Shown piece by piece: positions 61,266-64,000 of a DNA stretch of 64,000 nt (the stretch's first letter is position 1; the number at the start of each line of letters is the position of its first letter). The notes under the pieces were generated by a model. That model ran no database searches. It worked only from the letters and a program-made list of their open reading frames with translations, and was not told the origin of the DNA. Position numbers and translations under genes: made by a program. Origin of the DNA: Squalus acanthias (lineage: Eukaryota); NCBI GenBank assembly GCA_030390025.1, contig CM059431.1, forward strand, positions 146,136,001-146,200,000, in the 5' to 3' direction.

Positions 61266-62378
61266 TCTGAAAGAAGGTGACGGATAGGTAAAGGTGCAGG
61301 CTATTCCAGAGCATGTCGCCTATACAAATGTTGCATCATTTTTTCATGACCCATGCTATCGGACCCCAGTGTTTTACAACATTTTACAACTACAAAGGAA
61401 AAGTTATTAGATGCGGGTAAAATATCATTAAAAAGGTCCAGCGAGTTCTGAATAGTTTTCCTAATACCAGCTGTACAATAGCCACACGTTAACTGTAGCC
61501 TCACACGGTGCGATGGCGAGTCTCAGTTCCATATATGGAGATACAGAATCAATTTCCATCAGTTTCTTTGAACCCAATAACATAAATATATTTCTAATGG
61601 CTTGGACAGAGAAACATGATCCATCGACATGTTTTTATCATTTTATTTGAAATGAACGCTCATAAAAGTATTTGGGTGGGAACTGACTGGATCACAGCAC
61701 AGCTGGCAATGTGTGCGGAATACTTTCCAGCAGCCAAAGCTCACATTGACAACCTGGAACTGTGCGGCAAAGAATCATACAGGGGAAGACATAGTTACAA
61801 CCTTCGTTCCTGGGTGGGCTCGCACTAAAAATCTTTCGATGATCAGCCGAACGCGCAAACTAATTGCGCCACGAACACTGCCAGATCAAGTGCTGCAAAA
61901 TCCCCTAAACCAGGGTGTCAGCGAGTTCAAGTTTCAGATTGCTGCGGCCCGAGTAGCAATTGCCCACTCTCAGTTTTACATTTTCGATTTAAAGAATGGG
62001 ACATTCATTGTGGATACACAGAAACTGCCTGATCCCGCACACTGCAGACACACCCATGTCACCGCCAACCAGCTCTCCTGCCACTGGTGCCGTCTCCCTT
62101 CCAGCCTTTCGCTGCCTTGTTTGTTACGAAGCATTCTGATTGTCCCGGTATTAATTTCTGACCTGCACTAATGAGAATCCATTAAATGGCTCAGAACAGT
62201 TAATTGCACAGATAAAAGAATTACATTTTGTGGAAGATGTGTAAAATTATGACCCGTTGCTCCACTGGGCCACAGTTTGAACTGTTCCGGGAAAAACTTA
62301 CAAACTTGGGCAGGTGGAATAGTTCGTCGCAACTTTCTGCTTTCAATGTTCAACGACCCACCGCAAAATATAGTTTGG
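61266..62378. repeat. Right arm of the inverted duplication
   Basis: ORFs 61616, 61713, 61301 and 62168 mirror ORFs 56048, 55738, 56372 and 55518 on the opposite strand. Confidence 0.93.
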
Positions 62379-62465
62379 TGCAGTAATGTTAGAGTAGAGT
62401 CACCACCAGTAATGCTCGAGTAGTGTGACCACCAGTAATGTTAGAGTAGAGTCACCAACAATAAT

Positions 62466-63617
62466 ACGATAGCAAAATACTGCAGGTGCTGGAAATAAAA
62501 CGCTGGAAAAACTCAGCAGGCGAGGCAGCATCGACGACACGGCCCTCGACCGTGTCCGTTCTATCTCCCGCACTTCTGCCCTCACCCCTGCCCCTCCCTC
62601 CTGGAACCACGATAGAGTTCCCCTTGTCCTCACCTTTCACCCCACCAGACTCCACATTCAACGGATCATCCTCCGCCATTTCTGCCACCTCCAGCGTGAT
62701 CCCACCACCAAACGTATCTTTCCCTCACCTCCCCTTTCAGCATTCCGCAGGGACCGCTCCCTCCGCGACACCCTAGTCCACGCCTCTACCACCCCCAGCA
62801 CCCCTTCCCCTTCGCCCGGGACCTTCCCGTGCAAGCGCAGGAGATGCAACACATGCCCTTATACCTCCCCTCTTCCCACTGTCCAGGGCCCCAAACACCC
62901 CTTCCAGGTGAAACTGCGATTTACTTGTACTTCCTGCAATTTAGTATACTGTATTCGCTGCTCACGATGTTGTCTCCTCTACATTGGAGAGACCAACTGC
63001 AGATTGGGTGACCGCTTTGCGGAACACCTCCGTACAGTCCGTAAGGGGGACCCCGAGCTCCCGGTCGCCTGTCACTTTAATTCACCACTTCACTCCCACA
63101 CTGACCTCACCGTCCTCGGCCTATTACACTGTTCCACGGAAGCGCAGCGTAAGCTCGAGGAACAGCACCTCATCTTTCGTTTAGGCACGCTACAGCCCTC
63201 TGGACTCAATATCGAGTTCAACAATTTTAGATCATAACCTTAGCCCCATCACATTTATATTTTATTTTCTCATCCACCCTTTTATTTGCATCCCCCCTTT
63301 TTTTGCCCCTCCTAGTAGCTGCCAGCACTACTTCATTCTGCCAGTGCATTTCACACTTCTTTCAGCCTTAACCTGTCACATTAACACCACCTCTTGCCTT
63401 GAATATCTCTTAATGTCTCTTAATGTCTCTTAATCTCTCCTTTTGTTCTTTCATCCCCTCCCCCTTTTCCCAGCTTTATCCTTGCCTTAAATCTATTTGA
63501 CTTCCTGCAGTCTCCAGTTCTGATGAAAGGTCTTCGATCTGAAACGTTAACTCTGTTTCTCTCTCCAGGAATGCTGCCTCGCCTGCTGAGTTTTTCCAGC
63601 GTTTTCTGTTGTTATTT
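62466..63617 (+). mobile_element. 5'-truncated Penelope-like element (RT C-terminus, Cys linker, GIY-YIG endonuclease) with inverted pseudo-LTR piece
   Basis: Open frame ~62542-63237: RVPLVLTFHP, CKRRRCNTC, NLVYCIRC..C.LLYIGET..RL..RFAEH, HF, E..LI..L.TL.P.GLN. 62466-62532 is an inverted copy of the 3' end. TSD CACCAACAATAAT at 62453-62465 and 63618-63630. Confidence 0.92.
63516..63552 (+). ncRNA. Minimal hammerhead ribozyme motif in the Penelope 3' pseudo-LTR
   Basis: AGUU-CUGAUGA-A-AGGUC-UUC-GAUCU-GAAA-CG-UU-AACU: stem I AGUU/AACU, stem II, core boxes and palindrome AACGUU. Confidence 0.72.
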
Positions 63618-64000
63618 CACCAACAATAATGTTAGAGTAGAGTCACCACCAGTAATGTTGGAGCAAGGTTATAGTAGGGTAACCACCAGATATGTTAGAG
63701 CAAAAACTCAAACATTAATGTTAGAGTAGAGTCAACACCAATAATGTTAGAGTAGAGTCACCACCAGTAATGTTAAAATAGGGACACCACCAGTTATGTT
63801 ATAGTAGGGTCACCACCAATAATGCTATAGTAGAATTACTACCAGTAATGTTAGAGTAGAGTCACCACCAGTAATGTTAGAGTAGAGTCACCACCAGTAA
63901 TGTTAGAGTAGAGTCACCACCAGTAATGTTAGATTAGAGTTACCATCAGTAATGTTAGAGTAGAGTCACCACCTGTAATTTTAGTGTATATTCACTACGA

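Larger units (their letters stand above)
62381..64000. repeat. 26-bp satellite (CCACCAGTAATGTTAGAGTAGAGTCA) interrupted by a Penelope element and running off the window
   Basis: Tandem copies at 62381-62465 and 63618-64000. Confidence 0.92.

Overview
Vertebrate nuclear DNA, very probably from a cartilaginous fish (inferred from the NLR type and the CR1/Penelope repeat content). It is not prokaryotic and has no CRISPR array. The window opens with the last coding exon of a beta-B crystallin (3-171), followed by a CpG-island promoter with a first-exon splice donor (3255-3743) whose gene I cannot find in the window. A multi-exon CARD-like/NACHT/LRR (NLR) pseudogene runs from 22146 to 46757. It carries stops, frameshifts and a Walker A G>E change, and a GC-rich repeat with an inverted head replaces the second half of its NACHT exon. 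Most of the rest is nested retroelement debris: many CR1 LINEs (one full-length), RTE and L2 fragments, and about ten minisatellites. Two features stand out. (i) Eight Penelope-type insertions, most with target-site duplications and several forming long hairpins, carry minimal hammerhead-ribozyme motifs. (ii) A ~1 kb inverted duplication (55499-57214 vs 61266-62378) of a degenerate glycoprotein-like sequence encloses four decayed tRNA genes and an RNase H/integrase remnant. All calls were made by eye; repeat boundaries are approximate.
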